This document shows, piece after piece, positions 8,765 to 18,803 of a stretch of 64,000 nt of DNA. The position numbers and the translations under genes were made by a program. Under the pieces are notes generated by a model that was given only the letters and a program-made list of their open reading frames with translations, was not told where the DNA came from and ran no database searches. The first letter of the stretch is position 1; each line of letters starts with the position of its first letter. This DNA is from Candidatus Micrarchaeia archaeon (GTDB taxonomy: Archaea > Micrarchaeota > Micrarchaeia > Anstonellales > Bilamarchaeaceae). The DNA is taken from the NCBI GenBank assembly GCA_046331685.1, contig JAXLQI010000002.1:34630-98629 (forward strand). Direction: 5' to 3'.

Positions 8765-10912
8765 TCACCTGTACATGGTAGCCGCAGCGGCCTCGAAGCG
8801 CTGGACGCTCTCGACGTCCTCCTTCTTTATGCTCGGGACGATGGATTTGAAAGAGATCTCGAAGTGCCGGGCCACGACCTTCCGGGATCCTTCCCTTATC
8901 GCAGCCATGCCGGCCTCCCGGACGAGGTTCTCTATGTCCGCGCCGGTGTACCCTTCGGTGAGCCTTGAGAGGTCCTTCAGGTTCACGTCCTTGTCGAGGG
9001 GCATCCTCGCTGTCGCGATCTTGAATATGTCGAGCCTGGCGTTCTCGTCAGGCGGCAGTATCTTCATGAGGCGGTCGAAACGCCCTGCCCGCATGAGGGC
9101 GGGGTCCAGCATATCGGGCCTGTTGGTGGCGGCTATCACGACGACATTCTTGAGGCTCCGCAGGCCGTCCATCTCTGTGAGGAGGGTGTCGACTATCCTT
9201 TCGGTCACCATGGTCCCGGATTCGCCGTGCCCCCCCCTCCGGACAGCAATCGCATCTATCTCGTCTATGAATAGGACGCAGGGAGCGGCCATCCTGGCTT
9301 TCTTGAATATCTCGCGCACCGACCTCTCGGACTCTCCGACGTATTTGGTCAGGACCTGCGCCCCGCTGATCGATATGAAGTTGGCTTCGCTCTCGTTCGC
9401 GACAGCCTTCGCAAGCAGCGTCTTCCCGGTGCCCGGAGGGCCGTACAGGAGGATCCCCTTTATCGGGCGGATCCCCATCTTCTCGAAAACCTCGGGCTTC
9501 TTGAGCGGAAGCTCCACAGCCTCCATGATCTCCTTCTTGACCTCGGGCATGCCACCGATGTCGTTCCACCTGACGGTCGGCCGCTCGACATATACCTCGC
9601 GGAGCGCCGATGGCTGGATCTCATGCATCGCGTTGAAGAAGTCGTCCCGCATGACAACTATGGTCTCGAGGATCTGAGGCGAAAGGGTCTCCTCCTCTAT
9701 GTTTATGAGGGGCAACGCCCGGCGCATGGCCTTTATCGCGGCTTCCTTGGTCAGAAGCCCCAGGTCCGCCCCGGTGTATCCGTGGGTGACGTTCGCGATC
9801 TCGGTGATGTCGACATCCTTGGAAATCGGCATCACCCTGGTATGGATGCCCAGTATCTCGTTCCTCCCCCTCTTGTCAGGCACCCCTATCTCGATCTCGC
9901 GGTCGAAGCGGCCGGGCCTGCGGAGCGCCTGGTCAATCGATTCGGGCCTGTTGGTCGCTCCGATGACTATGACCTCGCCCCTGGTCTTGAGGCCGTCCAT
10001 GATTGTCAGGAGCTGGGAGACCATCCTCTTCTCTACCTCTCCCATCACCTCTTCGCGCTTCGGCGCGATGGCGTCTATCTCGTCGATGAATATTATGGAC
10101 GGCGCATTCTCCTGGGCTTCGGCGAACAGCTTGCGGAGGCGCTCTTCGCTCTCCCCGACGTACTTGCTGATGATCTCGGGCCCGCCGACATAGAAAAAGT
10201 TGGCATCGGACTCGTTCGCCACCGCTTTGGCTAGGAGCGTCTTCCCGGTCCCCGGGGCGCCGTAGAGCAGGATCCCCTTAGGCGGGTCGATCCCGAGCCT
10301 CTCGAATATCTCCGGGTGGCGGAGAGGGAGCTCGATCATCTCGCGGACTTTCTGGATGGTGTCCTTGAGGCCTCCGACATCGTCGTAAGTGACGTTCGGG
10401 ACGTTCTTCATCTCCTTGATGGGCTCCTTGTTTATCTTTATCTCGGTCTCCTCGCTTATCATGACCGGCCCCTGGGGGAACACCTGAGCCACGACAAGAG
10501 GTATCGAAGTGCCGAAAATCCCGACCGGAAGGAGGTTGCCTTTCAGGAGCGCTTTCCCGATTAGCCTTTTCTTGACATACTGGTCGAAGCCCACCGAATA
10601 CCTGACGGGCTCCTGCGGGGCGAGGACGACCTTCTTGGCGACCTTTGCGGTGACGGGCTCGGCCCGGACCTTCTCGCCAAGCCCCACGCCGACGTTCTGG
10701 CGCAGGATGCCGTCCATGCGGATCATGTCCAGCCCTTCGTCGTCAGGGTGGGCCTGCCACACGATGGCGAGCGCTGATTTCTTCCCGATGAGCTTGATTA
10801 TGTCTCCGGTCGATACCCCAAGCTCGCTTTTGGCCTTGGAGTCCACCCTCGCTATCCCTCTGCCTATATCATTCTGGAAAGCTTCAGCGACTTTCAGGGT
10901 AATAGATGGCAT
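8765..10912 (-). CDS. cdc48: CDC48/VCP AAA+ ATPase
   Basis: N domain plus two AAA modules (GAPGTGKT, GPPGTGKT, FIDEIDAI, RPGRFD). Confidence 0.98.
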   Translation of the reverse strand: MPSITLKVAEAFQNDIGRGIARVDSKAKSELGVSTGDIIKLIGKKSALAIVWQAHPDDEGLDMIRMDGILRQNVGVGLGEKVRAEPVTAKVAKKVVLAPQEPVRYSVGFDQYVKKRLIGKALLKGNLLPVGIFGTSIPLVVAQVFPQGPVMISEETEIKINKEPIKEMKNVPNVTYDDVGGLKDTIQKVREMIELPLRHPEIFERLGIDPPKGILLYGAPGTGKTLLAKAVANESDANFFYVGGPEIISKYVGESEERLRKLFAEAQENAPSIIFIDEIDAIAPKREEVMGEVEKRMVSQLLTIMDGLKTRGEVIVIGATNRPESIDQALRRPGRFDREIEIGVPDKRGRNEILGIHTRVMPISKDVDITEIANVTHGYTGADLGLLTKEAAIKAMRRALPLINIEEETLSPQILETIVVMRDDFFNAMHEIQPSALREVYVERPTVRWNDIGGMPEVKKEIMEAVELPLKKPEVFEKMGIRPIKGILLYGPPGTGKTLLAKAVANESEANFISISGAQVLTKYVGESERSVREIFKKARMAAPCVLFIDEIDAIAVRRGGHGESGTMVTERIVDTLLTEMDGLRSLKNVVVIAATNRPDMLDPALMRAGRFDRLMKILPPDENARLDIFKIATARMPLDKDVNLKDLSRLTEGYTGADIENLVREAGMAAIREGSRKVVARHFEISFKSIVPSIKKEDVESVQRFEAAAATMYR

Positions 10913-10915
10913 TTT

Positions 10916-11878
10916 CTAACACCGGACAACAATCTCGCCGTCCTTATCCTCTATCTTGACTGCGATTCTAGTATTTAATATGCTATCTTTTTTAAGCTCC
11001 ACGACGGTGGAAAGAGCGATGTCATCCGCCACCGCGACCCCAAGGAGCCTGAGGGCGTTCCCCCGGTCAAGCCTGACGAGCCTCCCGTCCACATCGAAGA
11101 TGGCCGACCCGCCCGCGCACTCCACCGACCTGATGGTGCCAAGGAGCATCTCGCTGCTCCTCCTCGAGAGCAGCCGGGCATCAGAGCCGAGCTCGATGTT
11201 CCCGTTCTTCACGACCGCCCCCTCGATGATCACCTCATCGCCCACCCTGAGCCTGCCGGCCCGGTCGGCTCCTCCGACCGCCACGCAACGGCGCTCGTCA
11301 TGGCCGTCCGAAAGCACGAAAGAGAACCCCCGGACCTTCACCCCGTCCCGGACGAACGTGTCATATCTCTCGATAGCGGTGACGAAGCCCCGCACATGCG
11401 CGACCTGGCCTTCCCCGAGGGCCGCAAGGGCGGTGAATCCAGCCTTCTCGGAGACGCTCAGGGATCCGCTGTAGCCGAGATGGAGCTCGCCGCCCTTCTC
11501 ATATGCCCCCCTCACGATGATCCTGTCTTTCACGCGGAGATTCCGCCCTAGCGAGACGTCCTCGTTCCAGAGGACCAGCGGCTTCGTTCCGCTCTCGTCA
11601 CCGACCGTCACCACGCGCGAGCGCTTTCCTGAGGAATACTCGGCGACCGGCCATATCTTCCTCACTTCAGCGTCGAAGGTCACCTTCTTCTCCCCCTTCG
11701 GGATCTCGCCCACCTTCCAAGCCTTCTCCTCGCTCCTCAGCAATCCCTTCTCCTTTGCGATCAGACGGAGAGCCACATCGCGCGTCAGGAAACCATGGAA
11801 CGAGCGTATCCTCTCCCCGATAAGGTGCTCGAGCTGGTCTTTGGGGATATCCTTCAGCAGCTCCTCCTCAAGGTCCAT
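10916..11878 (-). CDS. Replication protein A-like OB-fold ssDNA-binding protein
   Basis: N-terminal helical GFLT..VALRLIA segment, GDESGT..LVLW and LSDG OB folds. Confidence 0.85.
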   Translation of the reverse strand: MDLEEELLKDIPKDQLEHLIGERIRSFHGFLTRDVALRLIAKEKGLLRSEEKAWKVGEIPKGEKKVTFDAEVRKIWPVAEYSSGKRSRVVTVGDESGTKPLVLWNEDVSLGRNLRVKDRIIVRGAYEKGGELHLGYSGSLSVSEKAGFTALAALGEGQVAHVRGFVTAIERYDTFVRDGVKVRGFSFVLSDGHDERRCVAVGGADRAGRLRVGDEVIIEGAVVKNGNIELGSDARLLSRRSSEMLLGTIRSVECAGGSAIFDVDGRLVRLDRGNALRLLGVAVADDIALSTVVELKKDSILNTRIAVKIEDKDGEIVVRC

Positions 11879-11908
11879 ATCCGCATATTGGCAGAGAAGC
11901 GATAAAAA

Positions 11909-12658
11909 CTATCGCCGCCCGGGATAGATGAGGAGCGAAGCGAACGTCGGCCCGTATTCGGCCACAGCGTAATCAGGAGCGACGGTCTCCCTGCAAAACA
12001 CTCCGAGGTTGCGCAAGAGGAGGCCGTCCACCTGAGGAACGAACGTCCCTGGCTGGATATAGAACAACGCATCCTCCCTGCTCTTCGGGAACGGAGCGAT
12101 TATCCACTGGTCATTATATGTCATGACCCCCTCCTTCTCGACAGGCACGACCGCTTCGAACGGAGGGGAAGGGGTGTCGGTCATGACCGAATATGATTTC
12201 AGCGCCCCGATATACCTCTGCTCGCCAGGATCCCTGTATCTCGGGTTGAGGAGGAAATACACCGGACCGTTCTCGTCAGTAACCCCTATATCCTGGAAGA
12301 CGAACCAGCAATACGTGAGGTCCTGCTGGCCATGCCTCTTCTCGTAATCGACCAGATGCTCCTGCGTCCTGCCGTCGTTAATATGGACAGTGGCACGCAG
12401 GACCACATCTATCTCCCCTCCTACAGCGACGCGTTCCATCGCCTGCTCGCCGCCGAGGGCGTATGCCGAGACCTGGCCTATCGGAGGCGCGAGCGGTGGA
12501 TGGAGGTGAGCGCAGCCGGCACCGAAAACCGCCGCGGCCAAGATGCCTTCTTTCAGGCCGTTTTTCCTGAAAAACATCCTGCCCGTGGCTGGCGTCTCGG
12601 CATCCGCCGCTTTTCCGGCCATCGATCCATGTCGGATTTCCATACCCTGACCACTCAC
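11909..12658 (-). CDS. Putative lipoprotein (paralog of 12655-13311)
   Basis: Hydrophobic stretch ending GAGC; CWF..YFLLNPR..GE..YIG motif. Confidence 0.7.
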   Translation of the reverse strand: MSGQGMEIRHGSMAGKAADAETPATGRMFFRKNGLKEGILAAAVFGAGCAHLHPPLAPPIGQVSAYALGGEQAMERVAVGGEIDVVLRATVHINDGRTQEHLVDYEKRHGQQDLTYCWFVFQDIGVTDENGPVYFLLNPRYRDPGEQRYIGALKSYSVMTDTPSPPFEAVVPVEKEGVMTYNDQWIIAPFPKSREDALFYIQPGTFVPQVDGLLLRNLGVFCRETVAPDYAVAEYGPTFASLLIYPGRR

Positions 12659-13311
12659 CTGAGCGGAACGACCACGACATCCAGCTCCTTATCGAAATAA
12701 AGCATGGCCTTGGGTTCGTCCGTGATGCGGCAGAACTCCCTGACCCTCCCAGAAAAAGAATCGTCCACTACGGGCTGACGGCTGTTCTCCCTGATGCGGA
12801 ACAATATCCCTGCCCCGCCACCAGCCAGCCTGTATCTTCCGTGTCCGATCTCAGAAACCCCGACCACGGACTCCTGGCCCGCCGGCGAACCCGGAACCCG
12901 TACGATCTTGCCTATGAACGGGCTCTGCCCCGCTTCGGCCGAACGGGGATTCAACAGGTATTCCCCGTCCGAGCCATGAGAATAGAACAACCAGCAGAAC
13001 CGGCTGGCCGGAGAGTGCATCTCGATGATGTTCACGTTTATCCTTTTGGGCACCGAGTCGCTGTATTCCACGCCCACCGTGATCGTATCATCCTTCCTTG
13101 GCGAGAGCCTTGAGATAGGTTCAGCGACCGGCCGATACCAATAACTCTCCGCTGGTGCGCATCCGAGCACGCCAACTGCCGAGAGGACCATCGCGCCCTT
13201 TCTGATCGAGGGCGACCTCCTGGAAACGGTCATACCTGATCCTTCCGGACCGACATCTTGCCTGAGATTCATCAATATCATATCAGCCTGGAACTGTTTA
13301 TAAATATTCAA
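12655..13311 (-). CDS. Putative lipoprotein (paralog of 11909-12658)
   Basis: Hydrophobic stretch ending VLGC; CWL..YLLNPR..GQ..FIG motif; start probably downstream of 13311. Confidence 0.65.
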   Translation of the reverse strand: MNIYKQFQADMILMNLRQDVGPEGSGMTVSRRSPSIRKGAMVLSAVGVLGCAPAESYWYRPVAEPISRLSPRKDDTITVGVEYSDSVPKRINVNIIEMHSPASRFCWLFYSHGSDGEYLLNPRSAEAGQSPFIGKIVRVPGSPAGQESVVGVSEIGHGRYRLAGGGAGILFRIRENSRQPVVDDSFSGRVREFCRITDEPKAMLYFDKELDVVVVPLR

Positions 13312-13371
13312 TATCTCTCACTTTCTAACACTTCTTCAAGCTTCTTTAAACCAATCCCAGCTAATCATGGC

Positions 13372-14373
13372 ATGCACAAGATGAGCAATCTCGAGTTCTT
13401 CTTCATCGCTAAAGAACTGTCCGGGTCCCTCGCTGGCAAACACTTCAGCCGGATCCGGAAACTCGGGGATGGCATCTACCGGATGAAGATCGGCACCCTG
13501 GAGATCCTCGCAGAAAGCGGAGTGCGCATCCATGCCACCAAGTACATCGAGACCAGCGACGAGACGGACAAGTTCGTCGAGAAGCTCAACAAGGAGCTCG
13601 ACAACGGCCGCCTGATCTTTGTGGAGCAGCTGAACCAGGACCGGATCGTTTCGTTCAATTTCGACAAGGGGCAGCTTGTCTTCGAGATGTTCGGAGGAGG
13701 GAACGTCATCCTCGTCCAGGGCGGGACCACGGTCTGCGCCCAGAAATACGAATCATGGTCGGACCGCGAGATAAAGGCCGGCTCGCCCTACAGCCCCCCG
13801 AAGAACGTCCCATCAGCTCTGCTCGAGGTATCGGAGAAATACATCATCGTATCGCTGATGAAGCTCCCGCTCGGCAAGGAATATGCGCTCGAAGCGCTCA
13901 GGCGGGCGGGCATCGACGAGAAGCTGCCAGGGTCCAGCCTCAGCGGCAACCGCATCCTCAGCCTCGAGCGCGAGATCTCGCTCATCCGGGAGAACGCTGC
14001 CCCTTACGGTTTCTTCGATAACGGCAGGCTGGTGGACTTCTCGCTGACAAGGCTCTCGGCCTACTCCGGACTTGAAACGCGCTCTTTCCAGACCCTGAGC
14101 GAAGCTGCGGATGAATACTACCACTCATACGAGAAACCGAATCCGTTGCTCGAGAAGCTGACCGAACGCCTGAGCAAGCAGAAGGAGCGCATCGCCGCCC
14201 TCGAGACCGAGGAGAAAGACCATCGCGCTAAGGGGGACATGATCTACCAGCACTACCAGCTCGCCGAAGAGATACTCTCGATGGCCAAAGCAGGAAAATT
14301 TCCCGAGATAGAGGCCCGCTTCGCCGCGAGGATAGACAAGAAGGAGAAATCGATAGAGCTGGACCTTCAGTAG
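13372..14373 (+). CDS. NFACT/Rqc2 (FbpA-like) N-terminal domain protein
   Basis: EQLNQDRIV, FEMFGGGNVIL, DREIKAGSPYSPP, SEAADEYY, coiled coil; no NFACT-R C-terminus. Confidence 0.88.
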   Translation: MHKMSNLEFFFIAKELSGSLAGKHFSRIRKLGDGIYRMKIGTLEILAESGVRIHATKYIETSDETDKFVEKLNKELDNGRLIFVEQLNQDRIVSFNFDKGQLVFEMFGGGNVILVQGGTTVCAQKYESWSDREIKAGSPYSPPKNVPSALLEVSEKYIIVSLMKLPLGKEYALEALRRAGIDEKLPGSSLSGNRILSLEREISLIRENAAPYGFFDNGRLVDFSLTRLSAYSGLETRSFQTLSEAADEYYHSYEKPNPLLEKLTERLSKQKERIAALETEEKDHRAKGDMIYQHYQLAEEILSMAKAGKFPEIEARFAARIDKKEKSIELDLQ

Positions 14374-14774
14374 GTCTCTTCGTTGGTTATCAGCACCTTC
14401 TCCAGGAGGGTGTGCGCGCGGCGCGGCTTATCGACCAGGAGCGCGATTATCGTGTGCTTGCCGTCCTTCGAGAGCGTGTGGACGGCCTGGAGGTTTATCC
14501 CTCCCTTCGCCAGCATATCGGTGAGCTTGCTCAGCTCTCCGGGGTCGTCGTTCAGCTTCACTACGAGCGAGTTGGCCTCTTCGACGGCGTACCCTGCCGC
14601 CTCCACGACCTGCTTCGCCTTCACATTATCAGCGACGCCGATAGAGATTATCGCTTTGCCGGCCACGACTTCGACGCTCACCGAGTCGATGTTGATCTTG
14701 GATTTCGCAAGGATATACGATATGTCGGCAAGAAGCCCGACCTTGTCGTCAGCAACCACAGTGATCGTTTTCAC
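14367..14774 (-). CDS. Tandem ACT domain protein
   Basis: DDKVGLLADIS..LAKSKINI and DDPGELSKL..LAKGGINL. Confidence 0.9.
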   Translation of the reverse strand: MKTITVVADDKVGLLADISYILAKSKINIDSVSVEVVAGKAIISIGVADNVKAKQVVEAAGYAVEEANSLVVKLNDDPGELSKLTDMLAKGGINLQAVHTLSKDGKHTIIALLVDKPRRAHTLLEKVLITNEETY

Positions 14775-14789
14775 ATCCCCACCTCTGGA

Positions 14790-15086
14790 TCATAATCTGT
14801 AAATCTGAATATATGGTGTCTTGTTTATATACATGACGTCATTTTTCCCGGCCAACCCTATCCCGATAGCCGTCGCGACCGATTCCTTGCCGACAATGTT
14901 GGCCGAGGAAAAACTCCCCAGGGCATCCTTCACTTCCCCGGGCCCTGCCTTGCCGCCCACATAGAAGCTCCGATAGCGGTCGAGGTCCATCACGATATCC
15001 TTCCCTTCCAGCACCTTGCCTATGAGGTCCTCGTCGCAAACAGCGACGATCCTCCCCTTCGGGCTCTCATGTATCCGCAGGTACAT
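14790..15086 (-). CDS. DUF424 family protein
   Basis: IVAVCDEDLIGK, FYVG, ANIVGKESV; start at MYLRIH. Confidence 0.9.
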   Translation of the reverse strand: MYLRIHESPKGRIVAVCDEDLIGKVLEGKDIVMDLDRYRSFYVGGKAGPGEVKDALGSFSSANIVGKESVATAIGIGLAGKNDVMYINKTPYIQIYRL

Positions 15087-15134
15087 CGCATCGCTATCTG
15101 CAGATAATTTAAAGTTCCTATGTATATCTCTTCC

Positions 15135-15662
15135 ATGCGCCTCCTGCTGATCCTGATGCTTATCGCTTCCATCTACGGATGCACCAGGCCGGCCACGGTC
15201 TCGAACTCCTCGCCAGTCGCGACGCCACAGCCTCCGAGGGAAGTCCTGAACTCCACCGAAGGGAATATCACTGCGTCGCCAGAACCTCCGGCAGCCGTCC
15301 CGGCCGGCACGGGAAATGGCACCGCTCCCCAGGCCACCGCTAATGCAACCCCGGCAGAAGCGCCGGGGAACCCTGGACCGAACCAGACCGGGGAGCCGGC
15401 CAAGGCCGGACTTCCTTTCGCCGGAGGGAAATACCGCATCGTGCTGGATGATGTCTCCACGATCCCCACCTCGGCCGAGCCCTGCGGCATATTCAGCATA
15501 ACAGACCAGACAGGCTCTGTCCTGGAGAAGATGCTGATCTGCCCGCCTGATTCCGAGACATGGACCGACCAAGATGGCCGGACCTTCCGGATAAGGGTGC
15601 TAAAGGTCGCCGCAGGATATTCGCACCAGGTGACCTGGGCCCAGGTAATCGTCGTCGGCTGA
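15135..15662 (+). CDS. Putative lipoprotein/secreted protein
   Basis: MRLLLILMLIASIYGC signal, Pro/Ala/Asn linker, C-terminal beta domain. Confidence 0.75.
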   Translation: MRLLLILMLIASIYGCTRPATVSNSSPVATPQPPREVLNSTEGNITASPEPPAAVPAGTGNGTAPQATANATPAEAPGNPGPNQTGEPAKAGLPFAGGKYRIVLDDVSTIPTSAEPCGIFSITDQTGSVLEKMLICPPDSETWTDQDGRTFRIRVLKVAAGYSHQVTWAQVIVVG

Positions 15663-15795
15663 GGTCTCTGCCGGAGGATCAGCTACTTAATAGTTACTAT
15701 TCATATACTTTTGTGGTGTTTATCTGAAACAAGCGGGATGGGCCGACAAGGTCAAGGAGAAGATCGCACGTAACGGCATCAGGCTCCCACAGCCA

Positions 15796-16653
15796 TTGAC
15801 AGAGACAACGGAATCCTTCTCTACAAAACTGACACGCCTCGAAGACCCTTTCCCGCTCTTCCGCTTCCTGAGCGTGGAAGACGTCGCATGGATCACCGCC
15901 TTCTCGGCCGATTATAGGGAGAGCAGGTTCTTCGCGGAGGCATTCTGCAAGAGCGCCGGCCATGACTCACGCCTGTTCCGGAAAGCGGTTTCCGCCGGCT
16001 CCTCCTTCGGACGGATGGATCCGTCGTACGGGAGCGTCGTGTCTGCAAGCTACTACCTGCTTGCGAACACTCTCGGCGCTGACCAGTCGCGGGCAAGGAT
16101 GGTGGTCGGAGAGAACAGCCTGCCTTCATTCTCCCCCCCGAGCCTTAGCTCCTACGGCATGCGATGGCTGATCGTGGGCCGCGAAATGAAAGCCGGTTAC
16201 CCGGAGGAGATACTGAACACCGCAGGATCCGACCGTGAGCGGCTCGAGCTATTCATGGATGCGCCCCTCGGTTTCGTGCTTACATACAAAGGAATAGACA
16301 ATGCCCTATGCAGCTTCTGGCCGCATGAGCCGGATTCAGTGCTGATCTACCAGATCCAGGGCGTCCGCAGGAAGAAGTTCCGCGGCCAGCTTGTCACCGG
16401 ACGGCATCATTCGGCGGGGCTGAACACGATCGATTTCCGGAAGGCTCTCGTGGACCTCGCATCGTCATATGCCAGGGAGAGCGGCTTCTCACGGATAGGG
16501 ATCCGCGGCGCCCGCAATAACATATGGACCAACACCGATGACGATGGCCGGCCCCATATCCCGATGGAGCGGGCGAGCGAGGTCTATGACGGCACAGCGC
16601 TCAGGCTAGGATTCTCCGCGTCGCGGGATGGCAACTGGTATCGGCCTCTCTGA
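15796..16653 (+). CDS. Hypothetical protein, possible VirK/YbjX (GNAT-like) fold
   Basis: LIYQIQG motif and C-terminal YD..A.RLGF..DGNW; TTG start uncertain. Confidence 0.6.
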   Translation: MTETTESFSTKLTRLEDPFPLFRFLSVEDVAWITAFSADYRESRFFAEAFCKSAGHDSRLFRKAVSAGSSFGRMDPSYGSVVSASYYLLANTLGADQSRARMVVGENSLPSFSPPSLSSYGMRWLIVGREMKAGYPEEILNTAGSDRERLELFMDAPLGFVLTYKGIDNALCSFWPHEPDSVLIYQIQGVRRKKFRGQLVTGRHHSAGLNTIDFRKALVDLASSYARESGFSRIGIRGARNNIWTNTDDDGRPHIPMERASEVYDGTALRLGFSASRDGNWYRPL

Positions 16654-16663
16654 GCACCAAGCT

Positions 16664-17299
16664 TCATGGGGATTTCAGCCCGGCATAGGCGTTCAGGATC
16701 TGCATCATCGAAAGCGACGCGTTCATCAGGAAGAAAAGGAGGGATGCGAGCCTCAGCCTGTCCAGGGATTCGTCGAGCGATATTCCGGCGTCCGCTATCG
16801 CAGCTTCTGCGCTTTCCTCCTGCTGCCTCAGGCCGGCGATCGCAACCCGGAGCTCTGACAGGCTTTTCCCTGAAGCCCCTATCGCCCCTCCGGTCCTTGC
16901 TATCGCCTCGGAGGAAGACCTGAGCGAAGCCGCCGAACCTGCGAGCCCGCCGACGGCCAGGCTGCCTCCAGGTATGATGGAGACCGCTCCTGATACGGCG
17001 TCAAGCGAATCGCCTGCTGCGGCCAGCCCATCTGAAAGCGGGCCGATCGCGGATCCGAGCGAATCGAGCGAACGGCCTGAGCTGTTGACCAACCCCTCCG
17101 CCCCGTCCATAGCCCTGCCGAAGCTCCCTACCGTGCTGTTCACGCTCGAGAGAGCCTTGTGGGCGGACGAACCGATCCCGTCAATCGCGCCGTTCACCAT
17201 CATGAGTATGGATAACGCGGCTATGATGCCTACGATACCGAACGCCATAGATGCCTTGTAGATTAACGCCCTTTCCATGGGGTGACTATCCGCCGGCAA
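16664..17299 (-). CDS. Membrane protein with helical Ser/Gly/Ala-rich ectodomain
   Basis: TM helices at both ends with heptad-like centre. Confidence 0.7.
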   Translation of the reverse strand: MPADSHPMERALIYKASMAFGIVGIIAALSILMMVNGAIDGIGSSAHKALSSVNSTVGSFGRAMDGAEGLVNSSGRSLDSLGSAIGPLSDGLAAAGDSLDAVSGAVSIIPGGSLAVGGLAGSAASLRSSSEAIARTGGAIGASGKSLSELRVAIAGLRQQEESAEAAIADAGISLDESLDRLRLASLLFFLMNASLSMMQILNAYAGLKSP

Positions 17300-17312
17300 T
17301 TCTTATTCTTAT

Positions 17313-18794
17313 TCATTCGGCGAACACCTCGACTCCGCTTCTCTTCTCCTTGACCTTGAGCATGAGCGAGACGGCGGCGGCGAACAAAAGGACCGTCCCT
17401 GCAAGGATGAAAGAGAGCCGGTAGGCATCGACCTGCGACTTGAGCGCTATCAGGGCCACAGCCTGCGCGATCACCCTCGGATCCGTGCTCCTGATTATGC
17501 TGTCCCCGGCGATCGAAAGGACGTTGCTTTTCGTGGCCTCCGTAACGATAGTCGCGAATATCGCTATGCCGAAGGCTCCGGCGATGTTCCGCGCCAGGGC
17601 GAGGATGGAGGACGCCACGCCTATCTCATCCGGCGGGACCGCCGAAGCGATTATGTTCGTCCGCTGGGACATGCCGAACCCCAAGCCGGCGGCTATTATG
17701 AAGATCGGTATCATGATCTCGACCGGGCCGGACCGCGGGTCGAGACCGACGAGGAGGAGCATCCCTCCTCCGGCCACAAAAGTGCTGATCGCTATGACGA
17801 TCCTGGGCTCTACCTTCCCGACAAGGCCTGCCCCGAGCGGAGCGGCGGCCATGAGCCCGAAAGCCATGGGCATGAACAGGTACCCTGTCTCTGTCGCCCC
17901 ATACCCCAGGAACGTCTGGGCGAAGACCGGGATCAGGAATATGCTCCCCATCATCGCCATGAACACCATGAAGTTGTTGAAAAGGGCACCGCTGAAAGCG
18001 CTGATCCGGAAAAAACTGAAATCTACTATCGGGTCGGGGTGGACGGAGTCGATCCGGTAGAATATGTAAAAGAACAGCGCGGACGCGATGTAGCAGGCGA
18101 TGCTCTCGTAGGACGTCCATCCCCATTCCAGCCCTTTGTCGAGAACCAGCACCAGCGTCGAAAGCGCGATGCCGAGCGTAGCTGCCCCCCACCAGTCCAG
18201 CTTCACGTCCTTGCGCTCCCCTACCGATTCCCGGACGAAAAGGACGGCCATCACCATGCCGATCAGGCCTATCGGGAGGTTTATCAGGAAGACCCACCGC
18301 CATCCGAGATTGTCTATCAGGGGGCCGCCTATCAGCGGTCCGAACACCGCTGAAGCCGCGAACGCGGCAGACCAGATGCCGAGGGCCTGGGACCGCTCCC
18401 TCGCGCCACGGAACGTCACGGCTATTATAGCCATCGCAGTGGGGTAGTCGGCCGAGCCTGCTATCGCCTGGATCACCCTGAAGAGGATCATGGAATCGAG
18501 GTCCCAGGAGAGGCCGGCCAGGATGGATCCGAGGATGAAAAGCCCGAAGCCCCACAGGTACACCTTCTTCCGTCCTATGATGTCGCCGAGCTTGCCCCAG
18601 ATCGGGACGAACACCGCGTTCGCGAGTATGTAGGCGGTGCCGATCCATCCGGCCTGCGCGAAGGTGATCGCGAAATCGTTCATGATCTTCGGGAGGGCCA
18701 GGTTGACTATGGTCTGGTCCAGCCTCCCCAGGAAGGTCCCGACTATGACGGTGAGCAGGATCAGCCACTTCGTCCTATCCATCCCTTCGGCCAT
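17313..18794 (-). CDS. DHA2 (EmrB/QacA) MFS efflux transporter
   Basis: LDQTIVNLALP, GKLGDIIGRKK, WRWVFLINLPIG, 14 TM. Confidence 0.95.
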   Translation of the reverse strand: MAEGMDRTKWLILLTVIVGTFLGRLDQTIVNLALPKIMNDFAITFAQAGWIGTAYILANAVFVPIWGKLGDIIGRKKVYLWGFGLFILGSILAGLSWDLDSMILFRVIQAIAGSADYPTAMAIIAVTFRGARERSQALGIWSAAFAASAVFGPLIGGPLIDNLGWRWVFLINLPIGLIGMVMAVLFVRESVGERKDVKLDWWGAATLGIALSTLVLVLDKGLEWGWTSYESIACYIASALFFYIFYRIDSVHPDPIVDFSFFRISAFSGALFNNFMVFMAMMGSIFLIPVFAQTFLGYGATETGYLFMPMAFGLMAAAPLGAGLVGKVEPRIVIAISTFVAGGGMLLLVGLDPRSGPVEIMIPIFIIAAGLGFGMSQRTNIIASAVPPDEIGVASSILALARNIAGAFGIAIFATIVTEATKSNVLSIAGDSIIRSTDPRVIAQAVALIALKSQVDAYRLSFILAGTVLLFAAAVSLMLKVKEKRSGVEVFAE

Positions 18795-18803
18795 GGAAAT
18801 ACC

